Source: a virus
Lineage: Duplodnaviria > Caudoviricetes
Direction: 5' to 3' (one strand)
DNA: 55,313 bases
IMG/VR virus record: IMGVR_UViG_3300047564_001761
Span: 1 to 55,313 of that record
Positions within the stretch are counted from its first letter, which is position 1; each line of letters opens with the position of its first letter. Made by a program: the position numbers and the translations under genes. Shown piece by piece: positions 37,031 to 46,368 of the stretch. The notes under the pieces are model-generated. The model was not told the DNA's origin. It searched no databases and saw only the letters and a list, made by a program, of their open reading frames with translations.

Positions 37031-37909
37031 TTGGCTAATTTAAATACAATAAAAACTAATCAGTCTGGTATTTCTTTAAATATTCAGCAGGCTGAAGAAA
37101 GACTTTTTAAAGAAGTAACGGATGGCTCAAGAAGACCATTTCAAATTCCTACCATTACAACAGTAAATAATAGAACAAATGTCTGGGCTTATAACTGGTC
37201 ATCAGGAGAATCTTGGACAAACTATTATAATTACCTTACTGGAGCTGGTGAGCCAGATATGGAAAGAGCTTTCTGGTTCTCACTTGGAACAAACAATAGA
37301 CAAAGCACTTTAAGCTATTCTTCACAGCATCCAGCGCATACTGGAAGAGTTGAGTATGCAACTAATACTGTAGCTGGCGGAGAATCTCAGTTCACATCTT
37401 GGTCAAATAATACATCATATGGACCAATGAGATTTAGAACTTTATTTCTAAGAAATTTTCACCCAACATTAACTAAATCAGTTACTATGTACGGACATTA
37501 TTCAAATTACTGGTCAGCTGGATATGAGGGTTCTGGAGTTACTATTGGAACTCCTAATACTCAGAATTACGCTGGGTGCACAAGAGTAAATTGGACAGTT
37601 CCAGTAAATAGATCTGGCGGAAACTCTTATTACACTTGGTCGTGGAACGTATCAATTCCTCCTCTTAGAACAGTTGCAGTTGTACAGGCAAATTCAATGT
37701 GGTATTGGACAAGCTCAAGCGGACAATATGTTTGGGGAGATATTAATAAGTTCTACGATCTTCATACAACATTCAGCGATTTTTGGGTTCAACCAGATCT
37801 TAAAATGACTCATGCTGCAGATACATATAATGACCATGATAACCAGTTTAATTCATATACCGCACATAAAATTTGGAATAGAACAGCACAGTTGTTTGGA
37901 GACAGATAA
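37031..37909 (+). CDS. Trp/Tyr-rich putative receptor-binding or lectin-like protein
   Basis: ORF track (TTG start); followed by chaperone-like gene. Confidence 0.6.
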   Translation: MANLNTIKTNQSGISLNIQQAEERLFKEVTDGSRRPFQIPTITTVNNRTNVWAYNWSSGESWTNYYNYLTGAGEPDMERAFWFSLGTNNRQSTLSYSSQHPAHTGRVEYATNTVAGGESQFTSWSNNTSYGPMRFRTLFLRNFHPTLTKSVTMYGHYSNYWSAGYEGSGVTIGTPNTQNYAGCTRVNWTVPVNRSGGNSYYTWSWNVSIPPLRTVAVVQANSMWYWTSSSGQYVWGDINKFYDLHTTFSDFWVQPDLKMTHAADTYNDHDNQFNSYTAHKIWNRTAQLFGDR

Positions 37910-38307
37910 TGTATTACATAAATTTTGATGAAAACGGAAATCAGTCAGAGCTAAAATGGTTTGACGGCGTTGAGCCTTCAGAAGAAGGCTGGTACCAAGC
38001 AGATCTAGATATTATTGGAAAAAGATATAAGCTAGTTTCTGGTGAAGTTTCAGAAATGACATCAGAGGAAATACAGTCTGAAAATGACCAGCTTTTTTTT
38101 AATAGTTCTCTAATTGGAATAAAAGATCAAAGAAACAGAATGCTTTTAGAGTCAGACTGGACAGCAAATCCTCAAATTCCTATGTCGGATGAAAAGAAGG
38201 CTGAATGGGCTATGTATAGACAATCTTTGAGAGATTTTCCGTCAACAGTAACTCTAGAATTCCTAAAGAGTGGGGCTGACCTTTTATGGCCAGTCCCTCC
38301 TTCTTAA
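37909..38307 (+). CDS. tail fibre assembly chaperone-like protein
   Basis: RNRMLLESDW...W..YRQSLRD.P...WP.PP. Confidence 0.8.
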   Translation: MYYINFDENGNQSELKWFDGVEPSEEGWYQADLDIIGKRYKLVSGEVSEMTSEEIQSENDQLFFNSSLIGIKDQRNRMLLESDWTANPQIPMSDEKKAEWAMYRQSLRDFPSTVTLEFLKSGADLLWPVPPS

Positions 38308-38344
38308 AGGATTTTAAGGTATAATTTAACAAGAGGTGAGATAA

Positions 38345-38677
38345 ATGCCAAGTTATGATAGTTTACAGACACAGATTGACCTTTTTAAGACAAAGGTTAA
38401 TGCTTTGTCGGGTTCAACTTTAAATACACAGGATCTAGTCTTTTTGGCTAAGGCCATCGAATCAATGGGCAACCTGCTTGGCGTTAACGACGTTCTTGCA
38501 GCAACAGCAGCAAAGATCAACGAGATTCAAACAGCTTCTTCTGGAGCTGTTACACAAATTGGAACAGCAGGAGGAACTCAGGTTTCTAATGTTCAAAGTG
38601 CAGGACTAGCAGCAATAGCTTCAGTAGAAGCGGTGCTAGATAATTTTAAGATATATTCACACATGGGAGTAATTTAA
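38345..38677 (+). CDS. fibre-associated protein, paralog of 36362 N-terminus
   Basis: MP.Y..L..QI.LFK.KV.AL...DLV.LA...LGVND. Confidence 0.7.
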   Translation: MPSYDSLQTQIDLFKTKVNALSGSTLNTQDLVFLAKAIESMGNLLGVNDVLAATAAKINEIQTASSGAVTQIGTAGGTQVSNVQSAGLAAIASVEAVLDNFKIYSHMGVI

Positions 38678-38678
38678 T

Positions 38679-38996
38679 ATGGCTACAGTAGTAACACCAG
38701 TCAGATTTTATGCGAATGTCCCAGGAACATCAGACGTAGCTGTGTATACCGTACCAGCATCTCAAATCGATGTTGTTACTGGAATTTCAATTAATAACAA
38801 TACAGATGTCGCAGCTCAGGTAAGCATCAAGATGGCAGGAGTATTCTTCTGCAAGAACCTAGATATTCCACCACGTTCACTAGTGGCCTTGGATTCAAAG
38901 ACAGTTTTGAATACAGTAGAGACAATATCTGTTTATCAGAACACAGCAAGCGCTTGCTCAGTATTTATTTCTGGCGTAAAAGTAAACGAAGTTTAA
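38679..38996 (+). CDS. small beta-rich virion-type protein
   Basis: VYTVP...I.I.N...ISG motif; similar to 42886. Confidence 0.65.
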   Translation: MATVVTPVRFYANVPGTSDVAVYTVPASQIDVVTGISINNNTDVAAQVSIKMAGVFFCKNLDIPPRSLVALDSKTVLNTVETISVYQNTASACSVFISGVKVNEV

Positions 38997-39019
38997 TATA
39001 ATTTAGTTAGGGGTTACAA

Positions 39020-39997
39020 ATGACATACAGCGTAGGTACTACAACAGGGCAAACCTATTTACCAGGCCTTACCTCAACATTAACAAGTATTGTTTCGGCA
39101 AATCTTGTAGTTAATGGTGGTGCTTACTTGCCAGTTCAAGAAAGAATTTATACAACTGGTAACTGGACACGTCCAGCAAATCCAGTTCAGATTGCAGACT
39201 GGATCAAAGTAACTTGTGTTGGAGGAGGCGGCTCTGGTGGATCTGCAACATCATGGACTGGTCCTGGCTCAGGCGGTGGCGGAGCTGGTCAGTACCTAAC
39301 ACGATTTGTCAACATCGCAGGTGTTGCTGCTGGAGGAACAATACCAGTTGTTATAGGTGATGGAGGTGCTCAGGTTGGAGGAAACACTAACGGAAATAAT
39401 GGTGGAAATACAACCTTCGGAGTAAATGGTAACGCATTCCATCTTATTGCATATGGCGGTGGCGGTGGAGCATATGCTAGAGACTGGGGAAGAAATGGCA
39501 ACAACGGTTCATGCGGAGCAGGTGCAAGTAACATTCAAGGCTCAGGCTCAGGCGGTGGCGGAGGGGGTTACTGGCAGTATCAGTACTCAGGATCAGGCGG
39601 AGGTGGAGGAGCTAATGAAGTTGGACACCATGCATTCTCCCACGTAAGAACAAACGGAACATTTTATGGTGGATACCTAGGAGGAAGAGCCTACGGCTTT
39701 GGTTCATCTATGGGTGGAAATGGAATTTCAAACTCTTGGGGAACGTATCACACTTCTGGAGGAAGAGGTGGACAAGGCATCAACGGTCTTGCAGGCGGCG
39801 GCGGAGGCGGCGGCGGAGTTGGTGGAGCAGGATCTTCTGGTGGAGGACAAGGGGGAGATGCAATTAGAGATAACGCTGGACAGCCAGGTGTTGATGGAAC
39901 TGGCGCAGGCGGAGGCGGCGGAATGAATGGTGGATCAGTAGGTCGAAAAGGCGGTAGTGGAATAATAATAGTAGAATATTATAGAAGGATATCATAA
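39020..39997 (+). CDS. glycine-rich domain fibre protein
   Basis: GNWTRP...VGGGGSGG...GGSGIIIVEY. Confidence 0.8.
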   Translation: MTYSVGTTTGQTYLPGLTSTLTSIVSANLVVNGGAYLPVQERIYTTGNWTRPANPVQIADWIKVTCVGGGGSGGSATSWTGPGSGGGGAGQYLTRFVNIAGVAAGGTIPVVIGDGGAQVGGNTNGNNGGNTTFGVNGNAFHLIAYGGGGGAYARDWGRNGNNGSCGAGASNIQGSGSGGGGGGYWQYQYSGSGGGGGANEVGHHAFSHVRTNGTFYGGYLGGRAYGFGSSMGGNGISNSWGTYHTSGGRGGQGINGLAGGGGGGGGVGGAGSSGGGQGGDAIRDNAGQPGVDGTGAGGGGGMNGGSVGRKGGSGIIIVEYYRRIS

Positions 39998-40272
39998 TGA
40001 CAAGTAGATTTGTTTTAGTTGATGGAGAAACAATTGTAAATTCTGTTTATGGCGGAACTAGAGAGTTTTTAGAGTCTCACCCAGATTATCAAGGGTATAC
40101 AGTAGTTGATGTTTCTGATATGGATCCGTGGCCATCAGTAGATTGGACATATGTAGATGGGGAATTTGTTCCTCCAGTTACAAATGTAGAGGCAGCTCCA
40201 GTTCCTGGAGCTTTTGAAGAAGAAATTGTAACTGAAGTTGAAAATATAACTCCAGCTATTGGAGAAGTTTAA
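39997..40272 (+). CDS. small chaperone-like protein following Gly-rich gene
   Basis: F.LVDG..IVN...WTYVDGEFVPP. Confidence 0.65.
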   Translation: MTSRFVLVDGETIVNSVYGGTREFLESHPDYQGYTVVDVSDMDPWPSVDWTYVDGEFVPPVTNVEAAPVPGAFEEEIVTEVENITPAIGEV

Positions 40273-40282
40273 GGAGAGTAAC

Positions 40283-41245
40283 ATGCCAACAGTTCTAAGC
40301 ACAACCCAACAAATAATGATTCCAGGCCTTGAGGACACTTTAGGTTCTGTTGTCAGAAACGTGACTCCACCAACTCCTCTTTTTATTCAAAAAGAAGAAA
40401 CAATTTTAGCTAATGGTAACTGGACACGTCCAGCAAACATTTCTGATTTTATTGAAGTGACACTAATTGCTGGTGGTGGATCAGGAGGAACTTCAAATAA
40501 CAACTCACGTTATGGCGGAGGCGGTGGCGCAGGCCAGTTTGTAAGAAGAATTCTTAATATCTCATCAATAGCGTCACTTGGAGTTATTCCAGTTACAATT
40601 GGAAACGGCGGAGCAGCGGTATCTGGTGCAACTAATGGAAACAATGGCGGAAACTCAGCGTTTGGAACATCTGGAAATACATTTTACATGGTTGCATACG
40701 GCGGAGGCGGCGGAGGTTGGGCCGCAGATAATGGACGTGATGGAAATAATGGATCGATGGGTCCAGGTGCAGAGAATAGAACAGGATCTGGCTCAGGCGG
40801 AGGCGGCGGTTCAGAATGGCAACGTTCATGGGGCGGCGCAGGCGGAGGCGGAGGTGCTTCTCAGGGAGGAATGACTGGTGGAGCAATTCATGGAGGACAC
40901 CAAGGAGACTTTGATGCTGGACGTGCTGGAGGAAGAGGAATTGGTGAAGGCTCGTCTGGCGGTGGCGGTGGAATGGGAAACAGTACATCTCATGAAGACG
41001 CAACTGGCGGATCAGGCGGAGCAGGAATTGAAGGTTACGCAGGCGGAGGCGGCGGAGCAGGACGATGTGGTGGAGGTAATGGGTCTTGCGGTGGAGGAAT
41101 GGGAAGAAATCACACCCATGGTGAGCATGACAAGTCTGCCGCACCTAACTCAGGCTCAGGAGGCGGAGGATCTAATTCAGATACTTCTTCTGGGGCTGGT
41201 GGTTCAGGAATATGCATAATCAGATACTGGGCTAAAATAAATTAA
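40283..41245 (+). CDS. glycine-rich domain fibre protein, paralog of 39020
   Basis: GNWTRPAN...GGSGICIIRY; AAGGAG before ATG 40283. Confidence 0.8.
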   Translation: MPTVLSTTQQIMIPGLEDTLGSVVRNVTPPTPLFIQKEETILANGNWTRPANISDFIEVTLIAGGGSGGTSNNNSRYGGGGGAGQFVRRILNISSIASLGVIPVTIGNGGAAVSGATNGNNGGNSAFGTSGNTFYMVAYGGGGGGWAADNGRDGNNGSMGPGAENRTGSGSGGGGGSEWQRSWGGAGGGGGASQGGMTGGAIHGGHQGDFDAGRAGGRGIGEGSSGGGGGMGNSTSHEDATGGSGGAGIEGYAGGGGGAGRCGGGNGSCGGGMGRNHTHGEHDKSAAPNSGSGGGGSNSDTSSGAGGSGICIIRYWAKIN

Positions 41246-41270
41246 GGTATAATATAACAAGGAGATAATT

Positions 41271-41699
41271 ATGGCAATTACATCGATACCAACACAAGTA
41301 ACACCTCCACTTTGGGCTTATACCTTTGTTCAGGCACCAATCAACGGAAATGGTTACGACTATTTTAATACTGCAGTTAAGAGAACAAACTATGGAACTG
41401 TCTCAACAGGGACACTTGCCCTAGATGTAACAGCAGCAGCTATTCACAGATGGCAACCAGGTGCTACCACAACAGTTTCATTTACTGGTTTTCCAGCAGT
41501 TTCAACAGGATATTTTTGGCAGGTAGAAATTAAGGGTGGTTCACTCTTTACAATTAACTGGCCAGCATCAATTAAGTGGGATTCATCTGCATCAGCTCCA
41601 ACGCTATCTGCAAACGTAACACTACTTAATTTCTTTACCCCTAATCAGGGAACAACAGTTTACGGCGGAGTAGCATTCGCAGATATTAACGCAGCATAG
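41271..41699 (+). CDS. fibre-tip-like structural protein
   Basis: INWPASIKW...APTLS motif; own promoter and AAGGAG. Confidence 0.65.
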   Translation: MAITSIPTQVTPPLWAYTFVQAPINGNGYDYFNTAVKRTNYGTVSTGTLALDVTAAAIHRWQPGATTTVSFTGFPAVSTGYFWQVEIKGGSLFTINWPASIKWDSSASAPTLSANVTLLNFFTPNQGTTVYGGVAFADINAA

Positions 41700-41707
41700 G
41701 AGATATA

Positions 41708-42142
41708 ATGTACGCAATTTTAGAAGATGGAAAAGTATCAAAGTTTGGATCATTGTCAGAACTCTTTCCAAGCGTATCTTTTGCTGCTTCTGGTCCAGAT
41801 AAAGAGTGGCTAACACTAAACAACGTAACAGAAGTTGAAATGACAATGCCATACAATCAGGATACCGAAGAATTAGTTTATCTAGAGACACCAAAGGTTA
41901 CAAAGGGCGGAAAAGTAATTGGAGTCGAAGCAAAGAAGCTTTCAGATGAAAATGCATGGGCAAGAATTAAGATGAAAAGAAATGATTTGCTTACAAAGAC
42001 TGACTGGACTCAACTAGCAGATACTCTAACACCAGAAATGACAAAGAAGTATGCAGAGTATCGTGCTGCACTTCGAGACATTACATCAGCAAAAAGTCCG
42101 TCTGATGTTATCTGGCCAGAGGATCCTGCAAAGGGGGCATAA
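41708..42142 (+). CDS. tail fibre assembly chaperone-like protein
   Basis: RNDLLTKTDWTQLAD...YRAALRDIT...WPEDP. Confidence 0.8.
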   Translation: MYAILEDGKVSKFGSLSELFPSVSFAASGPDKEWLTLNNVTEVEMTMPYNQDTEELVYLETPKVTKGGKVIGVEAKKLSDENAWARIKMKRNDLLTKTDWTQLADTLTPEMTKKYAEYRAALRDITSAKSPSDVIWPEDPAKGA

Positions 42143-42873
42143 TGCTTCCTCACGTATTATTTAACTTTAGAACTGCTAATAGAGCAGCCTTTCCAGTAAC
42201 AGCTGGATTGCAAATGCATTATGATGCAGATGCGCTAAATACATTTACAAAAAATGCTTCTAACGATGTTTCTCAATGGAGAGACCGTTCTGGAAATTCA
42301 AGACATGCTGCACAAGCAACATCTAATCAACAGCCAAGATATACTCTTAATACTGTAGGAGGAAAGGCTGGAGTCGTACATGATGGTTCAAATGACTTTA
42401 TGCTTATGGGAGATGGAACACTATCTTTCTTGAATACATCTTCAATGACAATTGCAATTGTATGTAATAGACCAGATACACCAATTAACAAGTGGATTGT
42501 TGGTGGTCAGGGTGGAATTACAAGAACAAATCTGCAAATTGGTTACAACTCAGCAACATCGTTTAAGTTTGGTTTTGGTTCAGACGACCTTAACGCAATT
42601 ATTCCAAACGTTTCAACAAACACAACAGAAATGTTTATTATGACATACAACTCCTTGAACCAAGAAAAGTTTTTGAGAAGAAATAAAGTAGAAGAGGCAT
42701 CTGGCGCAGGAACTGGATCAATCTCATCTATGACAGGCCAATCAATAGGTAGATACCTATCAGCATTTGGCAACATATCTGTTGGAGAAATTGCAATATT
42801 TAATAGAGTCCTTTCACAGGCAGAAATAGATACAGTAGAGACATCTCTTGCTATTAAGTGGCAAGTAGTTTAG
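42142..42873 (+). CDS. LamG/concanavalin-like domain protein
   Basis: L.MHYDA...VSQWRDRSGN.RHA...GEIAIFNRVLS. Confidence 0.75.
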   Translation: MLPHVLFNFRTANRAAFPVTAGLQMHYDADALNTFTKNASNDVSQWRDRSGNSRHAAQATSNQQPRYTLNTVGGKAGVVHDGSNDFMLMGDGTLSFLNTSSMTIAIVCNRPDTPINKWIVGGQGGITRTNLQIGYNSATSFKFGFGSDDLNAIIPNVSTNTTEMFIMTYNSLNQEKFLRRNKVEEASGAGTGSISSMTGQSIGRYLSAFGNISVGEIAIFNRVLSQAEIDTVETSLAIKWQVV

Positions 42874-42885
42874 TTAGGGGATAAA

Positions 42886-43221
42886 ATGGGATACATACCA
42901 ACCAGAATAGTTGGTCCATATAACCTGATTGATGATTATCAGGCAGTTTATGTTGCCCAAAACAAAACAATCATGAAGCAGGTATTGCTTTCTAATGTAA
43001 CGGGAACTGCTGCTAACGTAAGACTTGCAATAACTGGATTTCAAGGATCACCGTCCTCAATTAACGCTATTATGCAAGACGTAGAAATAGAAGCAAACTC
43101 AACATTGGTTGCAGATATTGTACAAGTTTTAGAGGTATCAGATAAGTTGTATGCAAGATGTTCTATTTCTGGAGCAATTAATCTTACAGTTTCTGGTGTA
43201 GTTCAAGAAGAAACAGAGTAA
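42886..43221 (+). CDS. small beta-rich virion-type protein
   Basis: similar to 38679 (I.KQVLLSN...LTVSG). Confidence 0.65.
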   Translation: MGYIPTRIVGPYNLIDDYQAVYVAQNKTIMKQVLLSNVTGTAANVRLAITGFQGSPSSINAIMQDVEIEANSTLVADIVQVLEVSDKLYARCSISGAINLTVSGVVQEETE

Positions 43222-43235
43222 AATGGGAGACTACC

Positions 43236-44354
43236 TTGGCCGTTCAGTCTTTTCCCAAAGATAGAAATCAGCAAGTAGAGCATTTAAATGTTCCATATGC
43301 CCGTGTAATTGTTCCTAATTTAGTTGGATTAAATAATGTTGTTGCACAGCAAGAGCTTGATGGTCAAGGTCTAAGATCAGACGAAAGGTACTTTGTAGAT
43401 ACTTCAGGAACTGGCGGAGTAGTAATTTCACAAGCAGTTCCAGCTGGAAAAAGAATTAGATTTAAAACTAAAATTGAATACACAGTAAGAACCTTGTCTG
43501 CAGTAACCACCCCATATGTTGTAGGGCAAACAAAAAATTCAGCAATAGCAACAATTACATCATCACTACTTACCTATAATATTGTTACTGCATCTACTCC
43601 AAACCAAAATAATCAAGATGTTGTTATTGGTCAGTCTCCAGAGCCACCAGTACAGCTTGCCCCTGGTGCCACAGTTACAATAGTTGTTGGTAATTATGTT
43701 CCAGCAACAGCTGGAATTTTGCCAGACGTAACAAGCAAAACAGAATCTGAAGCGATATTAGCATTAAATGTTGCTGGATTTACAACATATACCGTAACAA
43801 ATAGCGTAGGGTCAACACCATCATATCAAACTTTAAACGGTAAAATTATTGCTCAAACTCCAACAGGTGGAGCGCTACAAGACTTTACAACAAACATATC
43901 TTTGACAAAGGCAGTTTATCAAGTTGTAACGCCAACTGTTACACCTACAGCTCCTACAGTAACTCCTACAGCCCCAACAGCACCAGTCGGTGTTGTTCCA
44001 GCAGCTCCTACAGTTACTCCTACAGCCCCAACAGTTGTTCCTACTGCCCCAACAGCGCCAAGAGCTCCGACGGTAACCCCTACAGCCCCAATTGGTGTTG
44101 TTCCAACCGCACCTACGGTCACACCAACCGCACCTACGGTCACACCAACCGCACCTACGGTCACACCAACCGCACCTACGGTCACACCAACCGCACCTAG
44201 CGGAGGCGGGGGATGTACACCAGGAGCTGTTTGTGGTGAAATCATAGTTCCTTGTGGATCTTCAGGATGTACTTGTTGTCCAGAAGGATGTACAAGATTG
44301 AGAAGATATACAGCAACCTGCGCCTGTACAAATAGCGGTGGATTGTTATGTTAA
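43236..44354 (+). CDS. three-PASTA-domain protein with Pro/Thr mucin-like linker and Cys-rich tip
   Basis: VPNLVG/PYVVG/PDVT...VI.Q.P repeats; TPTAPTV repeats; 9 Cys in last ~45 aa. Confidence 0.8.
   Translation: MAVQSFPKDRNQQVEHLNVPYARVIVPNLVGLNNVVAQQELDGQGLRSDERYFVDTSGTGGVVISQAVPAGKRIRFKTKIEYTVRTLSAVTTPYVVGQTKNSAIATITSSLLTYNIVTASTPNQNNQDVVIGQSPEPPVQLAPGATVTIVVGNYVPATAGILPDVTSKTESEAILALNVAGFTTYTVTNSVGSTPSYQTLNGKIIAQTPTGGALQDFTTNISLTKAVYQVVTPTVTPTAPTVTPTAPTAPVGVVPAAPTVTPTAPTVVPTAPTAPRAPTVTPTAPIGVVPTAPTVTPTAPTVTPTAPTVTPTAPTVTPTAPSGGGGCTPGAVCGEIIVPCGSSGCTCCPEGCTRLRRYTATCACTNSGGLLC
44103..44199 (+). repeat. perfect 21-bp tandem repeat (4.6 copies)
   Basis: CCAACCGCACCTACGGTCACA x4 plus partial copy. 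Confidence 0.95.
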
Positions 44355-44405
44355 TATTGACATCATTAAAACAATATGATATTATCGTTCATATGAGGAA
44401 TAAAA

Positions 44406-44846
44406 ATGTTAAAAAATAAATTTGCTATGGTTGTAGAAAACGACGTGTTTGATGTCCTAGAGTTTGGAACAGGGTCTGACATATCTGGAAGATGGATAGC
44501 TGGAATGAACTCTGATCCAACCTTTGTAAAGGTCAATCTTGTACCAGACGTATGTGCAGGATCTTTTTGGGACGGCAACAACTTCTTCTTGCCTGGAGAT
44601 GATCTTAGAGAAAATGCTTTAGTTCCTTCGGAAGTAGATAGTTTAGGCGGAGCAATTAAATACGCTGCAATTGTAGACGGAGACGTATTTGGAACTATAA
44701 CGTATGATCTAGAGGCTTACTCTATTCAAGAAGTAGAGATGATAGATGCGGCAATGCAATCAAATCCAGTAGCAGTACCAGTAGATTCTTCCACCCAGGT
44801 TTTACCTGGATGGACATGGGACGGACAAAACTTTAATCCAGCATAG
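44406..44846 (+). CDS. hypothetical protein with internal duplication
   Basis: two copies of K(F/Y)A..V..DVF...M.S.P...WDG.NF. Confidence 0.75.
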   Translation: MLKNKFAMVVENDVFDVLEFGTGSDISGRWIAGMNSDPTFVKVNLVPDVCAGSFWDGNNFFLPGDDLRENALVPSEVDSLGGAIKYAAIVDGDVFGTITYDLEAYSIQEVEMIDAAMQSNPVAVPVDSSTQVLPGWTWDGQNFNPA

Positions 44847-44860
44847 AAAGGGCTAGTCAC

Positions 44861-45091
44861 ATGACTTCAGCTTGGCAGCAGTATAAAAAGAATTTAGGTG
44901 AAAGCAGGCCCTGGCATATGCTTGACCCTACAACAGAAATGGCAGATAAAGAAATTGCAGACTCTAGAATGGAGATATGCAAGGCATGCCCAGAGCTTAT
45001 AAAAGTAACTCATCAATGCAAGAAATGTGGATGCTTTATGTCTGCAAAGACAAAATTAAAAAATGCAACGTGCCCATTGTCTAAGTGGTAA
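44861..45091 (+). CDS. small Cys-rich protein (DUF6171-like)
   Basis: R..ICKACP...QCKKCGCFM..K......CP..KW. Confidence 0.75.
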   Translation: MTSAWQQYKKNLGESRPWHMLDPTTEMADKEIADSRMEICKACPELIKVTHQCKKCGCFMSAKTKLKNATCPLSKW

Positions 45092-45100
45092 GGAGTAAAA

Positions 45101-45802
45101 ATGGAAAAAACAGCATGGCAATTATACAAAGAGCAAAACTCAACAGCTCCTGCTAAAAAGGAAGTTGTTTTTAATCCAGAGCCAATAAATTTTACAAAAG
45201 TAGAATTAGCTCCAGGGGTATGGATTTATAAGAATGTTTTTCCAAGCCCAGATGATCTAGTCGCAAAGATCAATTCTGAGTTTGAGTCAAGTTGGCAAGA
45301 TGGCCAAGTGTTTAGTAATGGCGACGAAAAGAAAGAAGAAATAAACAAAAAATTTAGAGATTGCTCTGTGGTTGTAATCAATAAGCCAAATGAAGATTCA
45401 AGCGAGCAGAGAGATTTGCTGTATAAGCTTGTAGATCATTCAATGAGGGTATGCCTAGAAGACTATACAGCTATGTTTGGCATGAGTATGACAGAGCTTA
45501 TTGGTGATGAGTGGCAAGTTTTAAAGTACGGACACGGACAGCATTTTGATGGCCACGCAGATGATGGATTTAGATTCCCAAGAACAGTTTCTATTACAGC
45601 ATATCTCAACGATGAATATGAAGGCGGAGAGCTAGACTATAAGCACTTTAATCTATTCTTTAAGCCAGAAAAGGGAGACGTATTAGTATTTCCATCCAAC
45701 TATGTATATAACCATCGTGTTGTAGAGGTAAAGACTGGTGTAAGATACGCATTGGTAAATTGGTTTAGATGGAAGACTATGAAGGTGGATATGTTATCAT
45801 GA
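45101..45802 (+). CDS. 2OG-Fe(II) oxygenase, prolyl-4-hydroxylase-like
   Basis: HAD, YLND.YEGGEL, FPSN...H.V..V..G.RY. Confidence 0.9.
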   Translation: MEKTAWQLYKEQNSTAPAKKEVVFNPEPINFTKVELAPGVWIYKNVFPSPDDLVAKINSEFESSWQDGQVFSNGDEKKEEINKKFRDCSVVVINKPNEDSSEQRDLLYKLVDHSMRVCLEDYTAMFGMSMTELIGDEWQVLKYGHGQHFDGHADDGFRFPRTVSITAYLNDEYEGGELDYKHFNLFFKPEKGDVLVFPSNYVYNHRVVEVKTGVRYALVNWFRWKTMKVDMLS

Positions 45803-46368
45803 ATATAAAAGTACAAGAACCAAGAATTATAAAAGATTTATTTTCTCAGCCAGATTATGAGAGGTTAAAGAATTACCTATACTCATATGAAAAAACAGAT
45901 TCTACCTACGATAAGTACTTTGGTAGATACTGTTTTCATGATCCATTAATAGATGAGTATGCAAAGAAGATAACTCCCTATGCCAGAAAAGTTTTTGGTA
46001 GTGACACACTAGTTCCGTCCTACTCTTTATTTGCACACTATGAAGGGTCAGAAGCAAACTTGTTCAAGCATGTAGACGATAATGCTTGCACATATACTTT
46101 AGATATGTGTGTGTATCAGAATGAGCCATGGGATTTATGGGTAGATGATAAACCTTATGAACTGTATCCTAATGAAGCTCTAGCATATTATGGAAATGAT
46201 CAGATGCACTGGAGAGAAAAGTTTCCAAATCCAAATTCTCAACATGTAGCAATGATATTTTTTCACTTTATTGAGCCAGACCACTGGTATATAACAAAGG
46301 GTCCTTCGTATTTAGAAGTTATTAGAGGAATAAAAACGGAAGATCAATGGAACAGCGAACAGCACTAG
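45799..46368 (+). CDS. 2OG-Fe(II) oxygenase-like protein
   Basis: HVD..AC...HWRE...FFHF; ATGA coupling at 45799. Confidence 0.8.
   Translation: MNIKVQEPRIIKDLFSQPDYERLKNYLYSYEKTDSTYDKYFGRYCFHDPLIDEYAKKITPYARKVFGSDTLVPSYSLFAHYEGSEANLFKHVDDNACTYTLDMCVYQNEPWDLWVDDKPYELYPNEALAYYGNDQMHWREKFPNPNSQHVAMIFFHFIEPDHWYITKGPSYLEVIRGIKTEDQWNSEQH

Noticed and set aside
39020-41245. Similar Gly-rich genes as a DGR template/variable repeat pair
   Set aside because: No reverse transcriptase in the window and differences are not adenine-specific; ordinary paralogy
32291-44245. Alternative-frame and antisense ORFs over collagen, Gly-rich and TPTAP genes
   Set aside because: Expected stop-free shadows of low-complexity coding sequence
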